The notes beneath the pieces are model-generated. The model was not told where the DNA came from, did not search any database, and was given only the letters and a program-made list of their open reading frames with translations. The position numbers and the translations under genes were made by a program. A DNA stretch of 64,000 nucleotides from an uncultured bacterium. Lineage in GTDB: Bacteria; Oederibacteriota; PGYV01; CAWJRG01. Location of the stretch: positions 800,001 through 864,000 of the forward strand of contig CAWJRG010000009.1 of NCBI GenBank assembly GCA_963845185.1. The letters run 5' to 3'. Below are positions 10,813 through 20,430 of this stretch, in pieces; positions within the stretch are counted from its first letter, which is position 1, and every line of letters begins with the position of its first letter.

Positions 10813-11181
10813 TTATGGAAGATTTCCTTCCAATTCCTCGCATTGATAGAGGGTTGTTTGGCTGAACGCAACTTTCCCATCCTCGTATATTTGCTCTAAA
10901 ACATCATCCCCGCAACCATCACATGCGGCTAAAGTAACTCTGGTTCCTGATTTTGCGTTATATGTAGGGGATTTCCACGGAAGGCTTGATGGTTCGACTT
11001 CATATCCTATACCATTCACGTAATATGTAGTCTGATAACCGTCATTATTATAACCTCCGCACCCACTGTTTGATACAGAGAAGTAAACCTTGTGGGTAAA
11101 TAGCGAGCAGGAAGAGCAGGACAGTGTAAGAATACAAATTACTGCTAAAACCATTAATAAGATTTTTTTGTGAGTAGACAT
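10813..11181 (-). CDS. Small Cys-rich putative lipoprotein, host of intron copy 1; spliced form join(13075..13078,10813..11168)=MKKILL..., unspliced form MSTHKKILL... from the intron-borne ATG
   Basis: Signal peptide with LSC; paralog of 13211-13558; first 13 nt of this ORF lie inside intron domain VI. Confidence 0.8.
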   Translation of the reverse strand: MSTHKKILLMVLAVICILTLSCSSCSLFTHKVYFSVSNSGCGGYNNDGYQTTYYVNGIGYEVEPSSLPWKSPTYNAKSGTRVTLAACDGCGDDVLEQIYEDGKVAFSQTTLYQCEELEGNLP

Positions 11182-13074
11182 CTTTTATAACCTCCTTTGG
11201 TTACTTAATGCCCCTCTCAGAACCGAACGTGACCGTTTCGGTCATTCGGCTCCACGGGAATACTTCCTAATACGATGACAGCGAATAGGTTAAATGATAT
11301 ATCCTGGGTTCCGGCAATGGGTTGTATCTTAGAAAGCGGCAAAACTGTTCCCAGTTGTAACTTCTTTTCTGGCTTCGCCTGTTTATCCATTTATAGGCGA
11401 GCGCACGATTTCTCCAGTAGAATTTTGTTATTTGGGGCATATTACCGCTTATCCCGTAATAATTGTAGTGGCCCGTTAACTTTCTTCCTAATGCCTGCCA
11501 CCACTGTTTTAATTCCACAAGATTTCTTACGCTCTTTAGCCAGAAGTTCGTCGCCTTCATCTTCTGTTTGAATTTTGTACTTGCCGTCCTTCGGCCTAAT
11601 TTGAAGCCGCCCTTTCTGGTTTTGTCGCAGTAATGAGTAAACCCGAGGAAATCAAAGGTCGGAATTTTCCCGCCTGTATCTTTGGACTTATACCAGGCGT
11701 GGCGCCCGAATACGATTATTCTCGATTTATCTTTGGCGATTTTGAGGCCAAACTTATCAAGCCTCTGTCTTAACATTTCGCCAAACTCCTTTGCTTCGCT
11801 GTCATATTGGAACAGCACAACAAAGTCATCGGCATAACGTATCAGACTGGCGTATCCTTTGAGCTGTCTCTTGACATGCCTTTCGAACCACAGGTCTAAT
11901 ATGTAGTGTAGGTAGATGTTCGCCAGTAATGGGCTTAGTATTCCGCCCTGCGGCGTCCCTTTATCCGTTTCGATAAACTTACCTTCTTCCATAATCCCTG
12001 CATTTAATATCCTGCCGATTAACCTTATCAGGTTTGTATCGGCAATCCTTTGCGTAAGGCATTTCATTAGCCATTTGTGGTTTATGGTATCGAAAAACTT
12101 CTCAATGTCCATATCCACTACTGCGTTGACTGGCTTTGTCATTACTTCCTTATCCAGAATTTTCAATGCCTGATGACAATTTCTGTCAGGCCTGAACCCG
12201 TAAGATACTTCGCTGAAGTCTACCTCAAAGATTGACTCAAGAATTTTCTTTACCCCCATCTGGATTATCTTATCCTCGACGGCAGGTATTCCCAGCGGCC
12301 TCTTGTCTCCGTTTGTCTTGGGGATGTAGACGCGCCTTGTTGGTTGCGGTATGTATCTCCACGCCTTCATCCTATTGATTAAATCCTTGATATTTGCCTC
12401 TTTGTTGACTTCATATTCCTCTATCCTTACTCCGTCAATGCCCGGGGCTTTGTCCTGTTTTAACTCCCCAAAGCACTCCATTAGAAACTCCTCATTGAGC
12501 AGGTGTATCAGCGATGTAAATCTCAATTTTGGATTTTCCTTTGCCCGCATTGTTATGGTCATAAGTTTTGTTGCCATTCCGTCTCCACCTCTGTGTGTGG
12601 CGGTTGTCTCCCTTATGTCCATACGCATTCCCTCTATCCCCTTTTCTCCATCTACTTTCGTAGACTTCATCGATACTATGGGATAGTCAGACTGCCGGAA
12701 CATCTTTTGCGGCTCCTTATCTTTTAGGATTTGTCGCCGCATACTCTCGTTTTGAGGGTGTCCCGGCTCTCCCGAGTTCATATCTGCTCCTTGACATCTT
12801 GACACGGACTTAGACCCCGTCGGATTCCCACTCTCTCGCCTTTTTATGATTGTGGGACTGCTGCCTGCTCTTTTATGAAAAATGTCGGCCTCCGACACGT
12901 TGGCGATTTCGGGGCTCAATACCTTCACTTGCGTTGTATCCCGATGTCTCCCGCCTTCCAGCTTCATTTAGCTCGTTGCCTCACTATTTGTGGAATTTGG
13001 TATTGGGCTGGCGGCTGACCTTTGCCCAGGCTGGACTTTCACCAGCGCGAACCGATACGCTTTTCTCGGCGCAC
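11169..13074 (-). mobile_element. Group II intron copy 1 (1906 nt)
   Basis: 5' GTGCG at 13074; domain V GAGCCGAATGACCGAAACGGTCACGTTCGGTTC (11220-11252) with AGC triad; domain VI stem with bulged A at 11175; internal RT/maturase ORF. Confidence 0.93.
11267..12577 (-). CDS. ltrA: Group II intron reverse transcriptase/maturase, no endonuclease domain (likely start MATKL; frame is open back to 12967)
   Basis: KAPGIDG, RPLGIP, SYGFRP, GTPQGGILSPLLANIYL, RYADD, FDFLGF, domain X GHYNYYG...RRSQK; RBS GAGGTGGAG before 12577. Confidence 0.93.
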   Translation of the reverse strand: MATKLMTITMRAKENPKLRFTSLIHLLNEEFLMECFGELKQDKAPGIDGVRIEEYEVNKEANIKDLINRMKAWRYIPQPTRRVYIPKTNGDKRPLGIPAVEDKIIQMGVKKILESIFEVDFSEVSYGFRPDRNCHQALKILDKEVMTKPVNAVVDMDIEKFFDTINHKWLMKCLTQRIADTNLIRLIGRILNAGIMEEGKFIETDKGTPQGGILSPLLANIYLHYILDLWFERHVKRQLKGYASLIRYADDFVVLFQYDSEAKEFGEMLRQRLDKFGLKIAKDKSRIIVFGRHAWYKSKDTGGKIPTFDFLGFTHYCDKTRKGGFKLGRRTASTKFKQKMKATNFWLKSVRNLVELKQWWQALGRKLTGHYNYYGISGNMPQITKFYWRNRALAYKWINRRSQKRSYNWEQFCRFLRYNPLPEPRIYHLTYSLSSY

Positions 13075-13210
13075 TCATATTCCGCCTCCTTAATTGAATT
13101 TAAAAACAAAACTATTTTATCATTTTTCATTATCCCATGCAAGCAATTTCAGCCAGTATTTACTTTATCCCTAAGTCCAGTGCGTTTTTATTGTGCCATG
13201 AATTAAAAAT

Positions 13211-13558
13211 TTATATTGTGCCGTCAAGGGTTATACCACAGTTATAAGTATCATTGGCGCTTACCAATACGTTCCCATCCCTGTATATGTACATGTTAGT
13301 ATTATTGTTACAGCCTTCGCAACAAAATATTGAAACTGAAGATCCTGCTTTTGCAGTATATGTGGGAGACGTCCATGGCAGGGATGGATAAACCGTATAA
13401 GACGAACCGTTTACAGTATATTCTATCCAACTACTCGTACTGCAGGAACCTGTGTCAGTTACCTTAAAGTAAACTTTGTGGGCAAATAACGAGCAGGAAG
13501 AGCAGGACATCATAAAAACGCTGAATATAGCTAAAACCATTAATATAATTCTACGCAT
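13211..13558 (-). CDS. Small Cys-rich putative lipoprotein, intron-free paralog of 10813-11181
   Basis: MRRIILMVLA...SCSSCSLFAHKVYF...PWTSPTYTAKAG aligns with MKKILLMVLA...SCSSCSLFTHKVYF...PWKSPTYNAKSG. Confidence 0.8.
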   Translation of the reverse strand: MRRIILMVLAIFSVFMMSCSSCSLFAHKVYFKVTDTGSCSTSSWIEYTVNGSSYTVYPSLPWTSPTYTAKAGSSVSIFCCEGCNNNTNMYIYRDGNVLVSANDTYNCGITLDGTI

Positions 13559-13795
13559 ATTCCGTCTCCTTAATTAAAATCTTACGCATTACTTTTACCC
13601 GCCGAATTGCCAGCCGTGTTTAGAATAATTTGCAGTAAATCATTTGCCTTGATTTTATTTATATCATTTTCTACTGAATTTCGCAAGACGTTTTTAAAAC
13701 AATCCGGACGGCCGATATAAACCATTGACATTAATAGTGTTTTATGTTAAAAATCATTTGTTTTTTTAACAAATCAACCGGAGGTATCAAGTAAA

Positions 13796-14056
13796 ATGCC
13801 GAATTTGAAAGCTTCTATTAAAGACGTCAGAAAAACCGCAAAAAGGACAGTGAGAAATAAAACAGCCATATCCGAAGTCAGGAGCACCCTGAAAAAAATT
13901 AAAAAGATAACTTCTGCCGAGGAAGCAAAAAAAGCCCTGCCCGGCGCTTATTCGGTGATTGACAAAGCCGTGGAGAGAGGGATTTTAAAAAAAAATACAG
14001 GCGCAAGGTATAAAAGCAGGCTGGCATCTTACGTCAATAAACTGCCGCAAAAATAA
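13796..14056 (+). CDS. rpsT: 30S ribosomal protein S20
   Basis: MPNLKASIK...IDKAVERGILKKNTGARYKSRL; RBS GGAGG; upstream TTGACA at 13725. Confidence 0.95.
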   Translation: MPNLKASIKDVRKTAKRTVRNKTAISEVRSTLKKIKKITSAEEAKKALPGAYSVIDKAVERGILKKNTGARYKSRLASYVNKLPQK

Positions 14057-14108
14057 GCAACCACCCAAAAATCAGTTTTTTTTCTCGTTAAGTTTCAAGA
14101 ATATCTTT

Positions 14109-15107
14109 TCAGAGCATCACCTGAAAAATAATCTTGCCGTTTTCTTTTGACGACAGCTTTATTTTTTTGTCAGCTTCCTTGACGATGCGCAGTACGTCGA
14201 TAAAAGGTGTCCCCGAAAAATTCTTTACATGGTCTTTGGCTTTCTTCATGGTGTACCAATTCATGAATTTCGACGCTTCCTGCTCTGCCTGTTTTGTAAG
14301 GTATCCTGATTTACCCATGTAATATTTCAGTATGTAAATCTTGTATATGGAGCTGAAAACAAACCCGAGCATTTGTTCCGGGGCCTCATCCTCGTATATT
14401 TTTTCCAGTATGGTCAGCGCTTTTTTCTCGTTTGCCTCGCCTATAGCATCGGAAAAATCAAATATGGAAAATCCCTTTTCAACTCCCCTTGTCTTGTTGA
14501 AATCTTCAACCGTAATATCGGTTTTATTTCCCGTAAAAAGCACGAGCTTGTCTATTTCGTTTTTTATAAATGCCATATCCCCGTTTGACTCGTAAATAAT
14601 GTAATCCATGACCTCGTAATCCATTTCTTTTTTGTCTTTTGCGGTATATGCCTTTGCCCAGTCCATTATATCCGAATCGCGAAGGCTTGAGAAATCAACT
14701 ATGTTTTTGCTCGATATGTCGTATTTTTCAAGTATCTTTTTTTTAAAATCCCTGCTTTCAAGCCCGGCTATAAGCGCCATGCATGTGAATTCCGGCATTT
14801 TCCCCAAAAAAGCCATCAGCCGTTCCAGTTCTTCGGTCTTTAACCTGTCGAACGATTTCACTATCAAAAGTTTTTTATTTGAAAAAAAAGGCCGCGTCCT
14901 GGCATTTTCTAAAAGGGATTCAATGGATATTTTTGAGTCTTTGTCGTCAACCTGGTAAACGTCGGTCCCGCTTGACGCGTCCCCGTCTTCGAATATTTTC
15001 ACAGAAAGCTCAAAAACAAATTCTTCATTTAAAAAACCGTTATTGCCCGCCAGAATGTAATACGGCTCGGTTTTGTTCTCAATAACCGACGCGAATCTTG
15101 GCAGCAT
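14109..15107 (-). CDS. holA: DNA polymerase III delta subunit
   Basis: PYYILAG, TRPFFSNKKLLIV, NEIDKL, SIFDFSDAI; leuS-lptE-holA/rpsT synteny. Confidence 0.8.
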   Translation of the reverse strand: MLPRFASVIENKTEPYYILAGNNGFLNEEFVFELSVKIFEDGDASSGTDVYQVDDKDSKISIESLLENARTRPFFSNKKLLIVKSFDRLKTEELERLMAFLGKMPEFTCMALIAGLESRDFKKKILEKYDISSKNIVDFSSLRDSDIMDWAKAYTAKDKKEMDYEVMDYIIYESNGDMAFIKNEIDKLVLFTGNKTDITVEDFNKTRGVEKGFSIFDFSDAIGEANEKKALTILEKIYEDEAPEQMLGFVFSSIYKIYILKYYMGKSGYLTKQAEQEASKFMNWYTMKKAKDHVKNFSGTPFIDVLRIVKEADKKIKLSSKENGKIIFQVML

Positions 15108-15110
15108 GGC

Positions 15111-15668
15111 TTAATTTTTCATCTCAAAAAATGTAATTGCTGAAAGCTTGCCGTTTATGAAAAGGTTTACGTGGTACAGCCCCTGTTTTTCCGGCGTTTT
15201 TTTCTGGCCGTTTTCAGTCAGGATATTATCGATTTCAATGTAATTAGCGCAGACATAAGGGCTGAACTGCTTTCCGTCCACCTCAACCCTTTCATTCGAG
15301 TTGGTTTTGTCCCACGTGGCTACGCGTTCGCATATCACGTCTCCCGCCGGGTCTATCCACCTGTCTTCAAAAACATAGCTATCGGTATCAGAATTGCCTC
15401 CGCCTTTGGAATAAAGTATGTAGGGATTTATAAAAAGAAAATCCCTGTTTCTCAAATTGACATCCTTGCCCCCGCTTGAAGGAAACAATATATAAGCCCA
15501 GTATTGTATTGCCTTGTCCGTACCCCGGTAAAACCAGTTTTTGCTGTCAATAGGATAGCTGTTTATCAGCCCGCTGCATGTTGTTATATGGCCTATCAAA
15601 TAGGAATCTGCCGCATATAACCCAACGGCAAAAAATATCAGCATAAATAACAAAAAGACTTTTTTCAT
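15111..15668 (-). CDS. Hypothetical secreted protein
   Basis: Signal peptide; lies in operon between lptE and holA. Confidence 0.6.
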   Translation of the reverse strand: MKKVFLLFMLIFFAVGLYAADSYLIGHITTCSGLINSYPIDSKNWFYRGTDKAIQYWAYILFPSSGGKDVNLRNRDFLFINPYILYSKGGGNSDTDSYVFEDRWIDPAGDVICERVATWDKTNSNERVEVDGKQFSPYVCANYIEIDNILTENGQKKTPEKQGLYHVNLFINGKLSAITFFEMKN

Positions 15669-15703
15669 TTGTCTTCCTTATATCTGTATTTTGTTAATAG
15701 GAA

Positions 15704-16219
15704 TTATTTTACCGAACCATTTATTACCCTGTTTACTATTGTGCTGGCGAGCTGGTCAAGCACCCTGTTCCTGGCTGTGGTTTCATCTTCAGCCGGCATG
15801 CCCAGGTTATTTGCCACATAGTATGTGGTTTCTTCCCTGATTAAATCATCGCTCCAAAGCAGCGTCTGGCTTTTATTGTCAAAAAAGTAGAGCGTGATGT
15901 GTATCCTTAAGCGGTATTGCTGCGGCACCTGGTTCACGTCAAAAAGTATCGGCGTAAGGACATATTTTGTGATTTCAGCTTTTACAATCGCGTCCGCTTT
16001 GCTTTCATCGGTTATCTGCAACCGCCCGTTTGAGATAAATGTATCTATTGTCTTCTGTGTCAGATACTGTTCCATGCCGTATTGGGTCGTCTTGTTTAAA
16101 AACATAGGCACAGCTGCCTTTTGAATATAGCTTGGCAGTCCGGGCTGCGGGCTATAAGTGGAGCATCCCGCAAAAATCACTACGAACAAAATCAAAACCG
16201 GTAAAAGCATTTTCTTCAT
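15704..16219 (-). CDS. lptE: LptE-family lipoprotein
   Basis: Lipobox FAGC; AVPMFLNKT..YGME, ADAIV pattern; position after leuS. Confidence 0.75.
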   Translation of the reverse strand: MKKMLLPVLILFVVIFAGCSTYSPQPGLPSYIQKAAVPMFLNKTTQYGMEQYLTQKTIDTFISNGRLQITDESKADAIVKAEITKYVLTPILFDVNQVPQQYRLRIHITLYFFDNKSQTLLWSDDLIREETTYYVANNLGMPAEDETTARNRVLDQLASTIVNRVINGSVK

Positions 16220-16259
16220 GATTCTTCCTCCTTAAATATTGTTTTTTTTAGTCGCATGT

Positions 16260-16288
16260 GTAGGGGTGATTCACGAATTACCCCGTAC
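16260..16288 (+). repeat. GTAG-type REP-like palindrome
   Basis: GTAGGGGTGATTCACGAATTACCCCGTAC. Confidence 0.6.
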
Positions 16289-16303
16289 TTATTTTTCAAT
16301 CAA

Positions 16304-18791
16304 TTATTTTACTACTATATTCATCAGTTTGTTTTCTACAAAAATCTTCTTAACTATTTCCTTGCCTTTGACAAATTCTTTTATTTTCTCGTCGTTAAGA
16401 GCAAGCCTTTCAATTTCCGTTTGTGCTGTATTCACTGCAACATTTACTTTGCTCCTGATTTTGCCGTTTACCTGCAGCACAAACTCCACCGTATCCTCGA
16501 TCGTAAGCGCCTCGTTGTACCGCGGCCACTGCGTGTGGAATATGCTCGGCTTGCCTCCGGTTTTTTCCCATATTTCTTCGCTGAAATGCGGCACCATAGG
16601 CGCGAGCATAAGGGCCATGTTTTTGATGACGAATTTCAAAAGTTTCTGCTCGTTTTTGTCACCAGGGTTTATTTGAGTGTCATTAAGCGTGTTAAAAAGC
16701 TCCATGAGCGAGGCAATGGCAGTGTTAAACTGCTGTTCTATTTCGATATCGTTCGTGACTTTTTTTATTACCTGATGCGTCTTCCTGACAAGTCTTTTTG
16801 CGCCTTCGTTTAATTTATCATATTCTACGTCTTCGTCAATGTTTTTTATCTTATCGGCGTATTGCGTTATTTTACGCCACAACCTGTTTAAAAACCTGAA
16901 TGCTCCTTCAACAGCTTCGTCCGACCATTCGAGGTCAAAGACAGGCGGCGCCGCAAAAAGCATGAAAAACCTCGCTGTATCTGCGCCGTATTTTTCTATC
17001 ATGTCGTCCGGGCTGATTGTATTTCCTTTTGATTTTGACATCTTTGCGCCGTCTTTTATCACCATGCCCTGCGTCAGGAGCCGTAAAAAAGGCTCGTCGC
17101 TCGATATCAGCCCCATATCACGCATTACTTTGGTAAAAAACCTGGCATAAATCAAATGCATGCACGAATGCTCTGCGCCGCCGATATACTGGTCAACAGG
17201 CATAAGCTTGTCCGCTACAGCCTTGTTGACCATTTCTTTGTTATTTTTCGGGTCGCAGTAACGGATAAAATACCATGACGAGTCCACGAAAGTGTCCATG
17301 GTGTCGGTTTCTCTTTTTGCCGGCCCGCCGCACTTTGGGCACTTCGCGTTGACAAATGTTTTTGATGTCTCAAGCGGATTACCCTTGCCGGTGAATTCTA
17401 TGTCCTCGGGAAGCACCACAGGCAGGTTTTCCTCTTTTTCCATGACTACGCCGCATTTATCGCAGTATAGCGCAGGTATCGGCGTGCCCCAGTAGCGCTG
17501 CCGCGATATGAGCCAGTCCTTTAACTTGTAATTCACGGATTTTTTACCTATGCCAATTTTTTCCATCCAGTCAGCTATTTTTTCCTTTGCCTGCTTCGTT
17601 TTCAATGCCGTTGAACTGTCCTGAATTCACAAGCACGCCCTCACCCTCGTGCGCGTCTTTCATTTCTTCAATTTTTAAGATTTTGTCTTTGGGCTGAATG
17701 ACCACAATCATCGGGAGGCTGTATTTTTTCGCAAATATAAAATCCCTGGAATCGTGCGTTGGCACTGCCATAATAGCGCCTGTGCCGTATTCCATAAGCA
17801 CATAGTTACCGATAAATATCGGAATCTTCGCATTATTGACCGGATTTACGGCATATGCGCCTGTGGCAATGCCTTCTTTTTCAAGGTACAAAAGTGTCTC
17901 TACTGTAATGTCTATCTTTTTGACTTTTTCCTGGAATTTTTCTATTTCTTTTACCTTATTTTTGTCCGATTGTTTTTTTATTTCTTCCACCATCGGGTGC
18001 TGAGGCGCCAGCACTACATAGGTTGCACCAAATATCGTGTCAGGCCGCGTAGTGAACACAGGAATCTGCGCGCCTGTTTTTTCCTCTTTGAAATAAATGG
18101 TTACTCCGGTGCTCCTGCCTATCCAGTTTTTCTGCATTGCAAGCACTTTTTCCGGCCAGCCCTTCTCAAGCAATTTATGCCCGTCAAGAAGCTCCTGGCT
18201 GTAATCCGTTATCTTAAAAAACCACTGGGTCAAATCTTTTTGCTCGACCTTTGTTTCGCATCTCCAGCATTTGCCGTCATGCACCTGCTCGTTTGCAAGC
18301 ACGGTTTTGCAGTCAGGGCACCAGTTTACAGGCATCTTTTTGCGGTAAGCAAGGCCTTTTTCGAAAAATTTTATGAAAAGCCTCTGGTTCCATTTGTAAT
18401 ATTCCTTGTCGCAGGTCGTAACTTCCCTTTCCCAGTCATAGGATATGCCCATTTTCTTGAATTGCCCGCGCGCATGGTCCACATTTTTATGCGTCCACTG
18501 TGCTGGATGGATTTTGTTCTGGATTGCCGCATTCTCTGCAGGCAGGCCAAAAGCATCATAACCCATGGGGTGCATCACATCATAGCCTTTCATGCGCATA
18601 AAATGGGCTATGACGTCGCCTATGCAGTAAACCCTCACATGTCCCATATGCAAATAGCCTGAAGGATAAGGGAACATTTCAAGCACGTAATATTTCTTCT
18701 TGGCGTCGTTTTTAAGCCTGAATGTCTTGTTATCTTCCCAGTACTTCTGCCATTTTTCCTCTATTTCCTTGTAAGGGTAAAAATCAGCCAT
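16304..18791 (-). CDS. leuS: Leucyl-tRNA synthetase, split by a +1 frameshift near 17603 (probable assembly error)
   Basis: N-part MFPYPSGYLHMGH, GTGAIMAVP; C-part DWLISRQRYWGTP, KMSKSKGN; junction NSGQFNG/xKTKQAK is restored by removing one base. Confidence 0.93.
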
Positions 18792-18848
18792 GTTTTATTT
18801 CCTGCTCCTTATGCTGTCATTTGCATTTCGAAAAACCGCTAAAATTTA

Positions 18849-18945
18849 TCATTGCGAACCCCGCTTTTATTTTTATGGGGCGTGGCAATCTCGTTTTTCC
18901 CTTTTAATAAGGGATTGTTTCGTCGCTTAACTTCTCGCAATGACA
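18849..18945. repeat. Palindromic intergenic element (TCATTGCGA...GCAATC / GATTG...TCGCAATGA type)
   Basis: tcattgcgaa at 18849 pairs with tcgcaatga near 18935; inner gcaatc/gattg arms. Confidence 0.6.
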
Positions 18946-19020
18946 ATCAAAAATTGTAGTTATAATATCATTTTTTTTGTTTTTTACAATAGCGGTTTTG
19001 TAATGCGGCTTATCGGCGTA

Positions 19021-19830
19021 TTATTTTTTGTTATCCTTAATATATTTGGCTACTTCGCCGAAAGGCGCTATCCAGTATTTGTCCCTGTTATCGCTTAAAT
19101 ACTTCAGCAGTTCCTCGTGCGCCTGGGCGTCAGTGGGTATCCAGTCTCCTCCGACGCCGTGGAAAAGGAACACGGCCCACGAATTCGTCATTTCGGCTTC
19201 CTTTGCAAGTTCAATCATCTCAGGCCCTGTTTTGCCATTCACGGCAAAGCACGGTATCATCGTCATTTCGATTGCGTCAGGGTATGCATGCCTCCACGTA
19301 ACCCCTCTTGCCGCAAGGAACTTTTCCTTTACCAGCGGAATATAGCTTTCGTCATTGTCGCCCACAAACGTGTCGCCGCACGGGTAAGCAAAGACATAAT
19401 AGCCGCTCACATAACCTAATTTTTTAAGCCTGTCGATGTTATCCTGCAGCTCTTGTTTCATCCTTTGCAGGGTGTAATCCTGGAGGCTGTAGCTGAGTTT
19501 TTTTGACTTGTTACAAGCGTGGTTGATGGTATGGCACCCTATTTCATTGCCGTCTTTAATGATTTCCAGCCATTCTCCGGCATGCGCGTCGTTCATAAGG
19601 TAGTCCCCTGTCGGGAAAAACGTGGCTTTTAAATTATATTTTTTAAGGGCAGGCACTGCGTTTTCAAACTGCGAATCCATGCCGTCGTCATAGGTCAGCG
19701 AAACCGCGGCCCTGGCGTTGTTTGGCCAGGTATAGATAGGCTTGCTTTCATTTTCGGCTTTCTTTTTCATTGTGTCGCATCCTCCTGCTATTAAAAGTAT
19801 TATTACGGCTAATATGAAGTATTTTTTCAA
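19021..19830 (-). CDS. Polysaccharide deacetylase family lipoprotein
   Basis: SLTYDDG, EIGCHTINH, FAYPCG, FLFHGV NodB-like motifs; lipobox AGGC. Confidence 0.85.
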   Translation of the reverse strand: MKKYFILAVIILLIAGGCDTMKKKAENESKPIYTWPNNARAAVSLTYDDGMDSQFENAVPALKKYNLKATFFPTGDYLMNDAHAGEWLEIIKDGNEIGCHTINHACNKSKKLSYSLQDYTLQRMKQELQDNIDRLKKLGYVSGYYVFAYPCGDTFVGDNDESYIPLVKEKFLAARGVTWRHAYPDAIEMTMIPCFAVNGKTGPEMIELAKEAEMTNSWAVFLFHGVGGDWIPTDAQAHEELLKYLSDNRDKYWIAPFGEVAKYIKDNKK

Positions 19831-19866
19831 GTTAAGCCTCCCTTGGTTAAATAGCCCGGTGGGCTA

Positions 19867-20268
19867 TTAATGCTTTTTCCCGGAAAAGTATTTCTTCATC
19901 GGTTTGAAATAAAAATCGATCCATCCTTTTTTGTATTCTTTTGCCTGCCCGTCGGGTATTTCTGTATGGATTAATGATAATTTTGTGCCTTTTTTTCCCT
20001 GCTCGAGCAGTATTTCAAGATTTGAATCAGGGCTGCCTTCGGGAAATTCAGTCGTGCGCCATTTCTGCACTATCCGCGTATATGGTTTTAATCCGACATT
20101 CGTGCCACTTATATATCCGTCCCAGGCTATAAATTTTCCGCCTTTTTTAGGGTCAACTTTCGCAGGGCTTTTGGTAAATGCAGAGTGCCCTTTGCTGTCC
20201 AACCATGCAATATATATATCTTTTGCCGTAGCATTTAACAGGGTAGAAACCTTCAGTGATTCGCTCAT
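19867..20268 (-). CDS. SRPBCC/AHSA1 domain protein
   Basis: GGKFIAWDGYISG, RIVQKWR, GWIDFYFKPMK. Confidence 0.85.
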   Translation of the reverse strand: MSESLKVSTLLNATAKDIYIAWLDSKGHSAFTKSPAKVDPKKGGKFIAWDGYISGTNVGLKPYTRIVQKWRTTEFPEGSPDSNLEILLEQGKKGTKLSLIHTEIPDGQAKEYKKGWIDFYFKPMKKYFSGKKH

Positions 20269-20430
20269 ATTTACCTCCGTTATATCTTAAAGCTTCCATT
20301 TTACGATTTTTAATTATAAATTAATTTTTAGCCAATTATTTGCTTGTTTAAGCTGTTACTTAAGGTCTAAATACATTTAAAATTTCACTTTTTCTGTTTT
20401 CCCTGTAATGCATGTATGCATTACAAAGCA

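Noticed and set aside
10500..11260. Alternative splicing through extra domain V/VI copies
   Set aside because: I saw only one domain V/VI per intron in the window.
11267..12967. Retron, CRISPR-associated or Abi-type RT, or a novel 130-aa N-terminal protein domain
   Set aside because: Motifs and domain X are group II maturase-like. The extension overlaps ribozyme domains I-III and is treated only as a possible read-through frame.
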